This document shows positions 27,114 to 37,683 of a DNA stretch of 64,000 nt, piece by piece. Every line of letters starts with the position of its first letter. Within the stretch, counting starts at the first letter, position 1. Position numbers and translations under genes: made by a program. Under the pieces are notes generated by a model, which was not told the DNA's origin, ran no database searches, and worked only from the letters and a program-made list of their open reading frames with translations. The DNA comes from an uncultured Alphaproteobacteria bacterium (GTDB lineage Bacteria > Pseudomonadota > Alphaproteobacteria > Rhizobiales > Beijerinckiaceae): positions 4,873 to 68,872 of the forward strand of contig CAWCTS010000039.1 of assembly GCA_963798515.1 (NCBI GenBank), in the 5' to 3' direction.

Positions 27114-27672
27114 TTACGCCACAGCCTCCTGCCGCCGCGCGACGAAGGGATAGGCGGATTCGACGACATAGGGACCGCCGCCGACCGAATTGCGCGACGA
27201 GTAGAGGACGAAGCGAGTCGGCGAGAATTTGAGCGAGGGGAAATAGCCGCGCGCGCTGAGATAATCCGCGACCGCCATGGGCGAGGCGCCGCGCAGCCGC
27301 GCCAGCGTCACATGCGGCGCGAATTTCCGCACCTCGGGCGGCGCGCCGAGCCGTCGCATCAAGCGTTCGTGATCGGCCTGAAGCTCGACAAGCGCCGGAT
27401 CTGGCCGCGCCTTTGCGATGATCGCGCGCGGCTTGTCGCCGCCGAAAGCCGAGAGCTCTCCGAGCGTCACGACCGGCGCGGCGCGGCGGATCGAATGCAG
27501 CGAATGCTCGACGTCGCGCGCCACGCGGTCGTCGACGTCGCCGATAAAGCGCAGCGTGAGGTGATAATTTTCGACGTCGATCCAGCGGGCGCCGAAATAG
27601 TCCGCCGCGCAGCCGCGCGAGGCTTTCTCCGACTTCGGACGGGATCTCCAGGGCTGTGAACAGTCTCGGCAT
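27114..27672 (-). CDS. thpR: RNA 2',3'-cyclic phosphodiesterase ThpR; apparent +1 frameshift at 27595-27597
   Basis: MPRLFTALEIP..LRGGL in one frame; FGARWI..HLTLRFIG..PHVTLAR (two HxT motifs) in another; removing one base joins them. Confidence 0.85.
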
Positions 27673-27773
27673 GACCTTCCTCCCCGCGCTGACAAAACAT
27701 CATCTAATTGAATATTTTAGAGCGCATATTACGCGAATGTATTCCTGCCGGCCGGGCTTAGGGCGCCGGCGGC

Positions 27774-28509
27774 TCAGGGTCCTTTCTTGGCGCGCGCGAT
27801 CATGATCTCGCGCAGGCTCTCCTCGACGGCGGGCGCGATGCCGGCCACGATTCGCGCCACGCCCTCCTCTGTGGGATGAAGCCCGTCCTTTTGCAGCAGC
27901 GCGGGATTCTTATCCAATCCCTCGACGAAAGAAGGGGTAGAGCGGCAAGGACTGCTCGCTCGCGAGCGCCGGATAGATGGCGTCGAACTGCGCCTTGTAG
28001 GCGTTTCCGAAATTGCCGCTGGCCTTCATGCCGGCGAGCAGAATCGCGGCTCCCTTCGCCTTGATCGCGGCGAGCATCTTCTCGAGGTTGGCGCGAGCGA
28101 TTTTCGGATCGACGCCGCGCAGCATGTCGTTGGCGCCGAGCTCCAGAATGACGAGATCGGGCTTTTCGGCGAGCGCATAGTCGAGCCGGGCGAGGCCGTC
28201 CGCCGTCGTCTCGCCGGAGACCCCGGCGTTGACGACGCGCACGGGGAAACCGTCTGCGGCGAGGCGCCGCTCCAGCTGCGCCGGGAAGGCCTGGCTCGCC
28301 GGAAGCTGATAGCCGGCCGTCAGGCTGTCGCCGAAGGCGACGACGGTGAGCGTCTCGGCGCATTTCTGGTCGCCGCCAAGGAGCGAAGGGGCGTTGGCGC
28401 ATTCGGCCGCGGCGACGGCGGGGAGGAGCAGAAGGCCAAACGAGAGGAAGGAGGAGAGCGCTTGGAACGCCGCGCGCAAACCGGCATATAGGCGCGCGCT
28501 TCCTTTCAG
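27774..28509 (-). CDS. tesA: Arylesterase / acyl-CoA thioesterase I (SGNH); apparent +1 frameshift at 27928-27930; start uncertain
   Basis: GDSLTAGY, NAGVSG, ELGANDMLRG; the catalytic DGLHP is restored by removing one base after YPF. Confidence 0.83.
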
Positions 28510-28531
28510 CGTCTGGCTCGAGGCTCCCGCG

Positions 28532-29236
<705 letters not shown>

Positions 29237-29249
29237 ATCGCGCTTTGCC

Positions 29250-30005
29250 TCAGAGCGGAGCCGGCCGCACGCCGCGCAGAATGGCGTCCGCGAGCGGCGC
29301 ATAGGCGCCGTCGGAGCGATGCAGGATCAGGGGCGGCAGCAGCGAGAGCGGCGCCTTCGAGCCCTTGACGCCGCGGATCAGAATGCGCGTCGCCGCCGCC
29401 CCGTCGCGCGGCTGGACCGGCAGGACCGCGAGCCCGCCGACCCGCCCCTCGAGCGCGGAGAGACACTCGCCGAGCGCCTCGGCGCGATGGATCATCGCGA
29501 AGGTTCCCCCGGGCGCGAGCAGCGCCAGCGCCGCGCGCGTCCAGTCGGCGAGCGGCGCCTCCGCGACATGCGCCAGGGCCTTGGCGGGATCGGGCGAGAC
29601 CCGCACGCTCGAGCGTTCGTGAAAGGGCGGGTTGGTCAGGACGACCGCCGCCGCTTCGTCGACGAGGCCGCAGGCGCGACGGTTGGCCGCACCGAGAAAG
29701 TCCGCTTCGTAAAGTCTGACGCGCGCCTCAAGATCGTTGAGGCGGATGTTCTCGCGCGCGAGAGCCGCGATCTCAGGGGCTATCTCGACGAGGCCGATGC
29801 TGGCTTTGGGCGCCAGCCGGGCCGCGCATAGGCCCACGGCGCCGACGCCCGCGCCGAGGTCGAGGATGAGGCCTGAAGTGGCGGGGGGCGTGGCGGCGGC
29901 CAGCAGGGCGGCGTCGAGGCCCACGCGATGACCGCGTTCCTCCTGCGCCAGCTGCATCCGCCCGCCGAGGAAGCCGGAGATTCGCACCGCCATGGCGCTA
30001 GCCAT
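29250..30005 (-). CDS. tRNA1(Val) A37 N6-methyltransferase (TrmN6/YfiC)-like protein
   Basis: FLGGR..Q..GHRVGLDAALLAA, DLGAGVG, NPPF, IHRA; divergent from ispB. Confidence 0.82.
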   Translation of the reverse strand: MASAMAVRISGFLGGRMQLAQEERGHRVGLDAALLAAATPPATSGLILDLGAGVGAVGLCAARLAPKASIGLVEIAPEIAALARENIRLNDLEARVRLYEADFLGAANRRACGLVDEAAAVVLTNPPFHERSSVRVSPDPAKALAHVAEAPLADWTRAALALLAPGGTFAMIHRAEALGECLSALEGRVGGLAVLPVQPRDGAAATRILIRGVKGSKAPLSLLPPLILHRSDGAYAPLADAILRGVRPAPL

Positions 30006-30131
30006 CTCACGCGCATGCTTCGGGAGCAAGACGCTCAGACGAGAGGTTCGGTTCAGCTTGCCGCCCGTAACGCAAACAATTAAGCTGAGCTTGCCGTCGA
30101 GTTGATGGTCGAACGGATGATTGGGGGGGCT

Positions 30132-31151
30132 GTGGGCATCGTCATCTCGCTTGACGAGAGAGAAAAGCAAACCGGCGCGAGCCTCGATAATTTGTTGGCT
30201 CTGATCCGTCCCGATCTTGAACGCACCAATCAGCTCATCATTGCGCGGATGGGGTCGGACGTTACGACGATCCCGGAAGTCGCCAATCATCTGATCTCGG
30301 CAGGCGGCAAGCGACTGCGCCCGATGCTCGTGCTCGCGACGGCCGGCATGTGCGGCTATAAGGGCGACGGCCACCTGAAATTCGCCGCCGGCATCGAGTT
30401 CATGCACACGGCGACGCTGCTCCACGACGACGTCGTCGACGAGAGCGACATGCGTCGCGGCAAGATCGCGGCGCGCATGCTCTGGGGCAATGAGACCTGC
30501 GTGCTCGTCGGCGACTTTCTGCTCGGCCACGCCTTCAAGATGATGGTCGAGCCCGGCAATCTCCCCTGCCTCACCGTCGTCTCGAGCGCCGCGGCGGTCA
30601 TCGCCGAAGGCGAGATCATGCAGCTCAACGCGGCCAAGGACACGCAGACGACGGAAGACGCCTATATGGAGGTCATCCGGCGCAAGACGGCGGAACTTTT
30701 CGCCGCCGCCGCCGAGGTCGGCGTCATTCTCGCCGGCCGCTCCAAAGCCGACATCGCCGCGGCGCGCAGCTACGGCATGAATCTCGGCGTCGCCTTCCAA
30801 CTCATCGACGACGCGCTCGACTATGGCGGCTCCTCGGCGAAGCTCGGCAAGAATGTCGGCGACGATTTCCGCGAGGGCAAGATCACGCTGCCGGTCGTGC
30901 TGGCCTTCCGCCGCGGCAGCGAGAGCGAGCGCGAGTTCTGGCGGCGGACGCTCGAGAAGGGCGAGATCAAGGACGGCGACGTCGAGACCGCCTGCGGCCT
31001 CATGAAGAAGCACAAGGCCCTCGACGACACCATCGAGCGCGCGACCCATTACGCCGCGATCGCTCGCGACGCGATGGAGATTTTCCCGCCCTCGCCGTCG
31101 AAAAGCGCTCTGCTCGAGGTGCTCGATTTCTGCATCGAGCGCGTCTACTGA
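30132..31151 (+). CDS. ispB: Polyprenyl (octa/decaprenyl) diphosphate synthase
   Basis: GGKRLRP, HTATLLHDDVVD, RRG, FQLIDD, GKNVGDDFREGKITLP. Confidence 0.93.
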   Translation: MGIVISLDEREKQTGASLDNLLALIRPDLERTNQLIIARMGSDVTTIPEVANHLISAGGKRLRPMLVLATAGMCGYKGDGHLKFAAGIEFMHTATLLHDDVVDESDMRRGKIAARMLWGNETCVLVGDFLLGHAFKMMVEPGNLPCLTVVSSAAAVIAEGEIMQLNAAKDTQTTEDAYMEVIRRKTAELFAAAAEVGVILAGRSKADIAAARSYGMNLGVAFQLIDDALDYGGSSAKLGKNVGDDFREGKITLPVVLAFRRGSESEREFWRRTLEKGEIKDGDVETACGLMKKHKALDDTIERATHYAAIARDAMEIFPPSPSKSALLEVLDFCIERVY

Positions 31152-31289
31152 TCCCGAAGCATGGGGGAATGCATCGTCTTCGCGATCGTTCGGATTGCGG
31201 GGCGAGGGGAAGTTCTGAACCTCGCTCTCGATTTTCAACGGCAACATAGAGCGGGAGCCGGCCTCGCGCCGGTCGTGGAGGGCGTCGAT

Positions 31290-32821
31290 ATGGCGGGGGG
31301 TCGAAATAAGGGAGAGCTTCGGCGTTAGGCTCAAGAGCCTTCTCATTCGCGGCGCGGCCAGCCTGCTCATCCTGCCCTCCTCCGGACCGACCTTCGCGCA
31401 GACGCCCGCTCCGCCTCCGGCCTACGAGCCCGCGCCGAACGCGGCGCCCGAGGCGCAGCCGCCACGGTTCACGCAGGCGGAGCTCGAGCATCTGCTGGCG
31501 CCGATCGCGCTCTATCCCGACGCCTTGCTCGCCCAACTGCTGCCGGCCTCCGCCTATCCGCTGGAGATCGTGCAGGCGCATCGCTGGCTGGAGAGGAACA
31601 GCGCCGCCGCCGCCAACGGGGACTTTTCCGGCGCGGACGCGCAAAACTGGGACCCGTCGGTGAAAGCCATGGTGCGCTTTCCGACGGTGCTGCAAAAGCT
31701 GAACGACGACCTCGATTGGACCCGCAATCTCGGCGACGCCATCGTCAATCAGCCGCAGGAAGTGGCGGACGCGATCCAGCGCCTTCGCCTCAAGGCGCAG
31801 CAGGCGGGTGCGCTCGCGTCGAACGATCAAATGACCGTCGTGACGCAGAAAGAGGGCCCGCGAGAGGTCATCGTTATCCAATCGCCCAATCCTTCAGTCA
31901 TTTACGTTCCGCGATACGATCCCGTCGCGGTCTTCGCGCCGCCCGCGGGCGCGGCGATCGCCGCCGGCCTGTTGAGCTTCGGCGTGGGCGTGGCCGTGGG
32001 ATCCGCCTGGCGCGGAAATTACTGGAACTGGAACACGGGCGCTTTCTTTCCGCCGGTCTGGCCGGGCTATCCGGGCTGGCGGGGCGGCGGCAACAATGTT
32101 ACGATCAACGGCGGCGGCGGCAACACCATCATCGGTGGCGGAAACGGCGGAAACAATGTGATCGGAGGAAGGCCCTGGCGGCCGGACCCTGACCGCCGTC
32201 CGGGCGGAAGGCCGGGTGCGGGCGGGCCGATCGGACGTCCCGGCCCGGCGGCGGAAATAGGCGGCGTCAGACCCGCCGGGCGGCGGCGTTGGCGGCGGCG
32301 GGCCGGGCAATCGTCCGGGTCGGAGGCGGCAACGGGGGGCTCAGACCCCCGGGCGGAGGAGTCGGCGGCGGGCCGGTCAATCGTCCAGGCCCCGGAGGCG
32401 GAAACGGAGTCGTCAGACCGCCGGGCGGGGCGCAGGCGGCGGGCAGATCAATCGTCCCGGCGGAGGAGTCGGAAACGGAGCCCTGCGCCCGCCGGGCGGC
32501 GGCGGACAGGTCAATCGTCCAGGGCCGGGCGGCGGCGCGATCGGCAGACCCGGCGGGGGGCCTGGCGGCTCCATCGGGCTGCCTGGCGCGGGCGGCAGGC
32601 CCGGGGGCGGGGGCTTCCCAGGACAAGCGGGAGGATTCCCGGCCCGCCCGGCGCCGGGCGGCCGTCCCGCTTTGCAAGGAGGCGGAGCCCCAGGTCATCG
32701 TGGCATGCAGGGTCGGCCGGCTCATCACGGTTTCCAAGGGGGCGGCGGCGGACATCGTCGCGGTGGCGGCGGTCACGGGGGAGGAGGGCGCGCGCATCAT
32801 GGCGGGGGCCGGCGTCGTTAA
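31290..32821 (+). CDS. DUF3300 domain exported protein with Gly/Pro/Arg-rich repeat tail; several apparent frameshifts
   Basis: LEHLLAPIALYPDALLAQ, WDPSVKA, WTRNLGDA, IYVPRYDP; ATG 31290 joins the frame if one G of the G6 run is removed; tail ends HHGGGRRR-TAA. Confidence 0.78.
32200..32580 (+). repeat. Imperfect coding tandem repeats (GGGPVNRPGPGGGNGVVRPPGG-like units)
   Basis: Recurring AATCGTCC and TCAGACC motifs at ~60-nt spacing. Confidence 0.65.
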
Positions 32822-32849
32822 CGGCGCTGGCCGCGCACGGGAGCGCGCG

Positions 32850-33497
32850 ATGACCAAGGTCGCGTCCAGAAACGAGATCTTGCTGGCGCGGGCGGCGCTC
32901 GCCTTGCTGCTCGGCTTCGCCGCGCTCGATCTCCTCTGGTACGGCCTATCGACGGACGAGCTGCAGCGGCTGTGGCGGAACATTGTCGCGAGACCGGGCG
33001 GTCCGATGACCTTCCGTTTCGTGCTGCAGCCGACGATGGCGAGCATCGCGGCGCTCCGCGACGGCTTCGCCGATGCGCGGAGCGATCGCAGGCCTTATCT
33101 TTCGGCGGTCCTGTTCGGCGGCGAGCCGCATCGAGCTCCTTTATGGGAGGGCGTGCTCTCGACCGCGAGGATCATCATCCTCAGCCTCGTCATGGACGTC
33201 GCCTATCAGCTCGTCTTTCTGGACATGTTTCATCCCGGCGAGTCGGTCGTGATCGCGATATTGCTCGCGTTCTTGCCCTATGCGCTGATGCGGGGACCGG
33301 CGGCGCATCTGGCGCGCGCCTGGCTGGCGCGCCGAGCGCTCCTGAGATCTCGAGTCTTGCGCTTGGACCTCACCAGCCCGCAATGCGCTGACAGCCGTCT
33401 TTTCCATCCTTTGCCGCCTCGAAGGCGTAATGGTCGCCGCAAGCATAGACGACGGGCGGCTCATGCGTGGATTCGAAAAGGTCGTAGCCTTCCTTGA
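32850..33497 (+). CDS. Conserved hypothetical membrane protein; 3' end uncertain (overlaps the convergent gene)
   Basis: GGAG RBS; GPMTFRFVLQP..AALRDG..D, LVMDVAYQ, LAFLPYALMRGP; 3-4 TM segments. Confidence 0.7.
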   Translation: MTKVASRNEILLARAALALLLGFAALDLLWYGLSTDELQRLWRNIVARPGGPMTFRFVLQPTMASIAALRDGFADARSDRRPYLSAVLFGGEPHRAPLWEGVLSTARIIILSLVMDVAYQLVFLDMFHPGESVVIAILLAFLPYALMRGPAAHLARAWLARRALLRSRVLRLDLTSPQCADSRLFHPLPPRRRNGRRKHRRRAAHAWIRKGRSLP

Positions 33498-34596
33498 GAT
33501 TGCGCCAGAAGGGGGCCCATTCCTTGCCGGCCTCGGCGTCTTGGGACATGAAGGCCATCCAGCCGCTCGCCGAGGTTTCCTTCTGCAAGGCCGTGTCGGT
33601 CATGCGGAAGGGGAAGATGTGCACGGGCACCTCGCGCTGGCCGGCGGACAGCGCCGCGGCGACGAAGCCGTAGATCTCTTCGATGCCCTTGTCCGTCATC
33701 GCGAAGCAGCCGACGGATTTGCAGGACCCGTGCACCATCACGAGGCCGCCCGTGCGCCCGTTCTGCTTGTCGAAGGCGTTGGGGTAGCCGACGTTGAAGG
33801 CGAGGTGATAGTTCGAGTGCGGATTGAGCTGCTTTGAGGAGACCGAATAAAATCCTTCGGGCGACTGATAGTCGGCCTCCTTAAGCTTGGGCCCAAGGTG
33901 GCCCGAGGATTTGCAGATCGGGAAGTTGCGATAGAGCGTGTAGCGGCCATTGACCTTGAGCCAAAGCTCGAGCTCGCCCTCCTTCTTGAAGATGCGGACA
34001 TAGGCCGGCGCCCCCATGTTGAAGCGGGGCGGCGGCTGATCCGTGTGGTCGAAGCTCCCGGGCGGCGCGGGCCTCAGCGTCGGCTCCGGCCCTAGGGCCG
34101 CGACCTGCTGCTGCTCGGCGGGCGCAGCCGCCGTTGGCGGCGCAGCGGCTGCCGGCCCAGGGACGGCCGAGGCTGCTTCCGCGGGCGCCGGCTCCGCCAG
34201 GAGGTTGGCCGGGCGGCGCGGGGGCAAAGGGAAATCGTCCGACCCCAGGTCGTCGGGACGGCGCGGCGGCGTCGGCGCGTCGACCGGCTGCCCGACGTTC
34301 GTGGCTTCCTGCGCGGCCGGCGCTTCCGAAGGGCTTGCAGCCTCGGGAGGCGCCGCGGCGATCGGCGCGAGATCCTCCTCGCCGGGCAAGGTCTTCAGCC
34401 CCCCGCGCAGCGCATGCAGAAACCGCCCGCCGAGCCCGTCGTCGGGCCGCGTCGAGGCGAGCGGCTCCGGCGCTTCCGCGCTTTCCTCCTTCTCGGGAGA
34501 AAAGCTCAGCGCGATAACGCCGATCGCAAGCGTCGCCGCCGACAGGACCGCCAGCAGAATCTGCGACCGGCTCGGCTTGATCGCCAGCACCTTCAT
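33370..34596 (-). CDS. YafK-like L,D-transpeptidase family protein with membrane anchor and Pro-rich linker
   Basis: VRIFKKEGELELW, GPKLKEADYQSPEGFY, LAFNVGYPN, MVHGSCKSVGC. Confidence 0.88.
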   Translation of the reverse strand: MKVLAIKPSRSQILLAVLSAATLAIGVIALSFSPEKEESAEAPEPLASTRPDDGLGGRFLHALRGGLKTLPGEEDLAPIAAAPPEAASPSEAPAAQEATNVGQPVDAPTPPRRPDDLGSDDFPLPPRRPANLLAEPAPAEAASAVPGPAAAAPPTAAAPAEQQQVAALGPEPTLRPAPPGSFDHTDQPPPRFNMGAPAYVRIFKKEGELELWLKVNGRYTLYRNFPICKSSGHLGPKLKEADYQSPEGFYSVSSKQLNPHSNYHLAFNVGYPNAFDKQNGRTGGLVMVHGSCKSVGCFAMTDKGIEEIYGFVAAALSAGQREVPVHIFPFRMTDTALQKETSASGWMAFMSQDAEAGKEWAPFWRNLKEGYDLFESTHEPPVVYACGDHYAFEAAKDGKDGCQRIAGW

Positions 34597-34634
34597 GTTT
34601 TCAGCGCTCGTTCACGCAAAAAGCTCGGGTCAAG

Positions 34635-35162
34635 CTAGTGCCCTTCGAACGTCACGAGGCTGCGCACGGGAACGTCCAGCGCCTCGATCTTTTTCGCTCC
34701 GCCGAGGTCCGGCAGATCGATGACGAAACAGGCGGCGACGATCTCCGCCCCCATTTTGCGCAGAAGGCGGATCGCGCCCTCGGCGGTGCCGCCGGTGGCG
34801 ATCAAATCGTCGACGAGAATCACGCGGTCGCCCGGGGAAACCGCATCCTCGTGCATCTCCATCTCGTCGGTGCCGTATTCCAGCTCATAGCTGATCGAAA
34901 CCGTCTTATGCGGCAGCTTGCCCTTCTTGCGGATCGGCACGAAGCCGGCGGAAAGCTGATGCGCGACCGCGCCGCCCAGGATGAAACCGCGCGCCTCCAT
35001 GCCGGCCACCTTGTCCATCTTGGAGCCCGACCAGGGCTGCACCAGCTCGTCCACCGCCTTGCGGAAGGCGCGGGCGTCGCCGAGCAGCGTGGTGATGTCG
35101 CGAAAGAGGATGCCCTTCTTGGGATAATCGGGAATGGTGCGGATCGCGGCGGCAAGAGGCAT
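34635..35162 (-). CDS. apt: Adenine phosphoribosyltransferase
   Basis: [45 protein letters not shown]. Confidence 0.96.
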   Translation of the reverse strand: MPLAAAIRTIPDYPKKGILFRDITTLLGDARAFRKAVDELVQPWSGSKMDKVAGMEARGFILGGAVAHQLSAGFVPIRKKGKLPHKTVSISYELEYGTDEMEMHEDAVSPGDRVILVDDLIATGGTAEGAIRLLRKMGAEIVAACFVIDLPDLGGAKKIEALDVPVRSLVTFEGH

Positions 35163-35247
35163 GGTTTCGGCTCTAATCCTTTAGGTTGCGGCTTCTTAGC
35201 GCATTTGGGCGGCGAAAGCAGCCTTTGGCTTCACTTGCGCCCTGAGC

Positions 35248-35969
35248 TCACTGGGGGAGAAGCTCGAAGGTCGCCTCCACCTCGGTCGAGAGCGGGAATC
35301 ACGCCGGGCTCGACGGGAATGACCGCCTTCGCCGCCATGCGGGTCATGGGCGCGGGAGCGTAGCCTGCGGCTTGCGGCTCGGGATTGAGGACAAGAAGGC
35401 GGCCGAGCTTCATCGAGGCGGCCTTCGCATAGACCTCCGCCCGGCGGCGCGCCTCGACGACGGCCTGGACGCGCAGCGCGTCCATGCGGGCGTTTTCATC
35501 CGTAAGGCCAAAGGACAGGTCTTGCGCCTCATTGGCGCCCTTGGCGAGGAGCTTGGCGACCACCAGACCGGCCTTGTCCACGTCGCGCAGCCGCAGGCGA
35601 AACAGGTGATTTGCCCTGATAGCCGGCGACCTTCTGCCGGGTCGGCTGGCGCGGCCCGGCTTCATGCTCCTCGACATAGACCGGGGAAACCGAGAAGGAC
35701 TGGCTCTGGATATCCTTGGGATCGACGCCCATCGCCTTGGCCGCGTCGATCGCGGCCGCCGAAGGCGCCGCATTGTCGGCCGCCGCCTGCTCGGCGGTCG
35801 GCGCCTCGTTCACGACGCCGAAAGTGAGATAGGCGATATTGGGCCGCTCCTCGCTCTTCGCCTCGCCGCGCAGGGTGATGTGCGGGGTGGGGAAGCGGCT
35901 TTCGGCTTCGCCCGCCAGGACGCCATTCGAGGCCACGAGAAGGCTGAAACCGAGAAACAGAGCTTTCAT
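35248..35969 (-). CDS. SIMPL (DUF541) periplasmic protein; two apparent +1 frameshifts (35614-35616, 35294-35296)
   Basis: Signal peptide MKALFLGFSLL, AVVEARRRAEVYA, MKLG, PVEPG; repaired end LSTEVEATFELLPQ. Confidence 0.8.
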
Positions 35970-36127
35970 CGCGCGCTTCGCTCGTTGCGGCGCCCTCGCA
36001 GGCGCCAATCCGACGCTCCCCGGAATCAGCCTAACCTCGCCTTGAGGGGATTTTGTGGCCGACGCGGGCGCCGTTGCTCGACTTTTGTGGAATTCGCTCC
36101 GACGCTTCCTTGCGCTATGCTTGGCGC

Positions 36128-37195
36128 ATGACCCCGGCGCCGCCTTCCGCCTCCTATCTCTCCCAGCTCGACGAGCGTTCGCGCGAGGTTTTCCGCCAGA
36201 TCGTCGACGGCTTTCTCGCCTCGGGCGAGCCCGTGGGCTCGCGCCATATTTCCCGCGTTTTGCCGATGACGCTCTCGCCCGCCTCGGTGCGCAACGTCAT
36301 GCAGGACCTGGAGGAGCTCGGCCTCGTCTACGCGCCCCATATCAGCGCGGGGCGGCTGCCGACCGAGCTGGGCCTGCGCTTCTTCGTCGACTCGCTCTTG
36401 CAAATCGGCGACGTCGGGCCGCAGGAGCGCGCGCGCATCGAGGCGCAGGTCGAGGCCGCCTCCAAGGAGCGCGACTTCGAGGGCGTGCTCGCCGAGGCGA
36501 CGGGGCTGCTCTCGGGTCTCGCCCGCGCAGCCGGCGTCGTCGCGGTCGACAAGGCCGACGTGCGCTTGAAGCAGATCGACTTCGTGCGTCTCGAGCGGGA
36601 GCGCGTGCTCGCCATTCTCGTCGCCGAGGACGGCGGCGTCGAGAACCGCGTGCTGCCGGTTCCACGGGACCTGCCGGCCCCCGCGCTGATAGAGGCGGCC
36701 AATTACCTCAACGCGCGCATCCGCGGGCGCACGCTCACCGAGGCGCGCCGCGAGATCGAGGCGGCGAAGGCGGCGGCGCAGGTCGAGCTCGACGCGCTCA
36801 CAGCGAAGCTCGTCGAGGCGGGCATAGCGAGCTGGGGCGGCGCGGGGCGCGAGCTCATCGTGCGCGGCCAGGCGCATCTTCTGGAGGACTTGACCGCGCT
36901 CGAGGATCTCGAGCGCATCCGCCTGCTCTTTTCCGATCTCGAGACGAAGACCGAGGTCATCGATCTGCTGGAGCGCGCCGAGGACGGCGAGGGCGTGCGC
37001 ATCTTCATCGGCAGCGAGAACAAGCTTTTCTCGCTCTCGGGCTCCTCGATGATCGCCGCGCCCTTGCGCGACGCCAACCGCCGCATCGTCGGAGCGCTCG
37101 GCGTGATCGGCCCGACCCGCCTCAACTACGCGCGCATCGTGCCGATGGTGGACTACACCGCGAAGCTTTTGTCGCGCGTGGCGGGGGGAGGGTGA
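36128..37195 (+). CDS. hrcA: Heat-inducible transcription repressor HrcA
   Basis: [46 protein letters not shown]. Confidence 0.95.
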   Translation: MTPAPPSASYLSQLDERSREVFRQIVDGFLASGEPVGSRHISRVLPMTLSPASVRNVMQDLEELGLVYAPHISAGRLPTELGLRFFVDSLLQIGDVGPQERARIEAQVEAASKERDFEGVLAEATGLLSGLARAAGVVAVDKADVRLKQIDFVRLERERVLAILVAEDGGVENRVLPVPRDLPAPALIEAANYLNARIRGRTLTEARREIEAAKAAAQVELDALTAKLVEAGIASWGGAGRELIVRGQAHLLEDLTALEDLERIRLLFSDLETKTEVIDLLERAEDGEGVRIFIGSENKLFSLSGSSMIAAPLRDANRRIVGALGVIGPTRLNYARIVPMVDYTAKLLSRVAGGG

Positions 37196-37252
37196 GGGGA
37201 GGGGAGAGGGGACTCTATCCGGAACCAATGCTCCGGAAGGAACTTTGTTCCC

Positions 37253-37528
37253 TCACGTTCGCTCGCCGGGGCAGAGATGAATAGTTTGAAAATTGTTCTG
37301 ACCTTCTCGTTCCTCGCCCTCGCCCTCTTGGCGTCGCAAGGGCTCGCGCGGGCTGAGGAATTCAGCTTCAACCGCTCTGACGATCTCCTTTGTCGCGGTC
37401 TCAAGCAGCGCGTCGATTTGAGAGTGCAAGGTCCAATCGTTCTCAGCGCTGTAAATTTCATGGATGAGTTCTTTGTGCAGCCTCGACCGCCGCGCAAAAT
37501 TTCTGAGCCTCTTCGAGAAGTGCACCAA
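37253..37528 (-). CDS. Hypothetical small protein
   Basis: 91-aa TTG-start ORF with GAGG upstream and helical amphipathic composition; fills the hrcA-tldD gap; no family recognised. Confidence 0.35.
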   Translation of the reverse strand: MVHFSKRLRNFARRSRLHKELIHEIYSAENDWTLHSQIDALLETATKEIVRAVEAEFLSPREPLRRQEGEGEEREGQNNFQTIHLCPGERT

Positions 37529-37683
37529 CGCGAGCGGCTACCTCTTCGTCACGCGTAAGCCTTTTGCGCTTCGTCGCTTTACTCTTTGCTGCGTTGCTCA
37601 CACTGAAAAAACCTTTATCGCAAGACGCCGAACTTCTTTGCGTTTGGCTCTACCCAACGGAAAGCAGCGAATTCCGAGGGTCT

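Noticed and set aside
29250-31370. 706-aa minus-strand ORF and similar long antisense ORFs (e.g. 44376-45779, 49987-51336, 20331-22187)
   Set aside because: Shadow frames of well-supported genes, expected in high-GC DNA; only 29250-30005 is a real methyltransferase
32200-32580. CRISPR-like periodic repeats
   Set aside because: Degenerate Gly/Pro-coding repeats inside the DUF3300 gene, no unique spacers and no cas genes
35970-36127. CIRCE operator near hrcA
   Set aside because: No TTAGCACTC-N9-GAGTGCTAA found by eye here or elsewhere in the window
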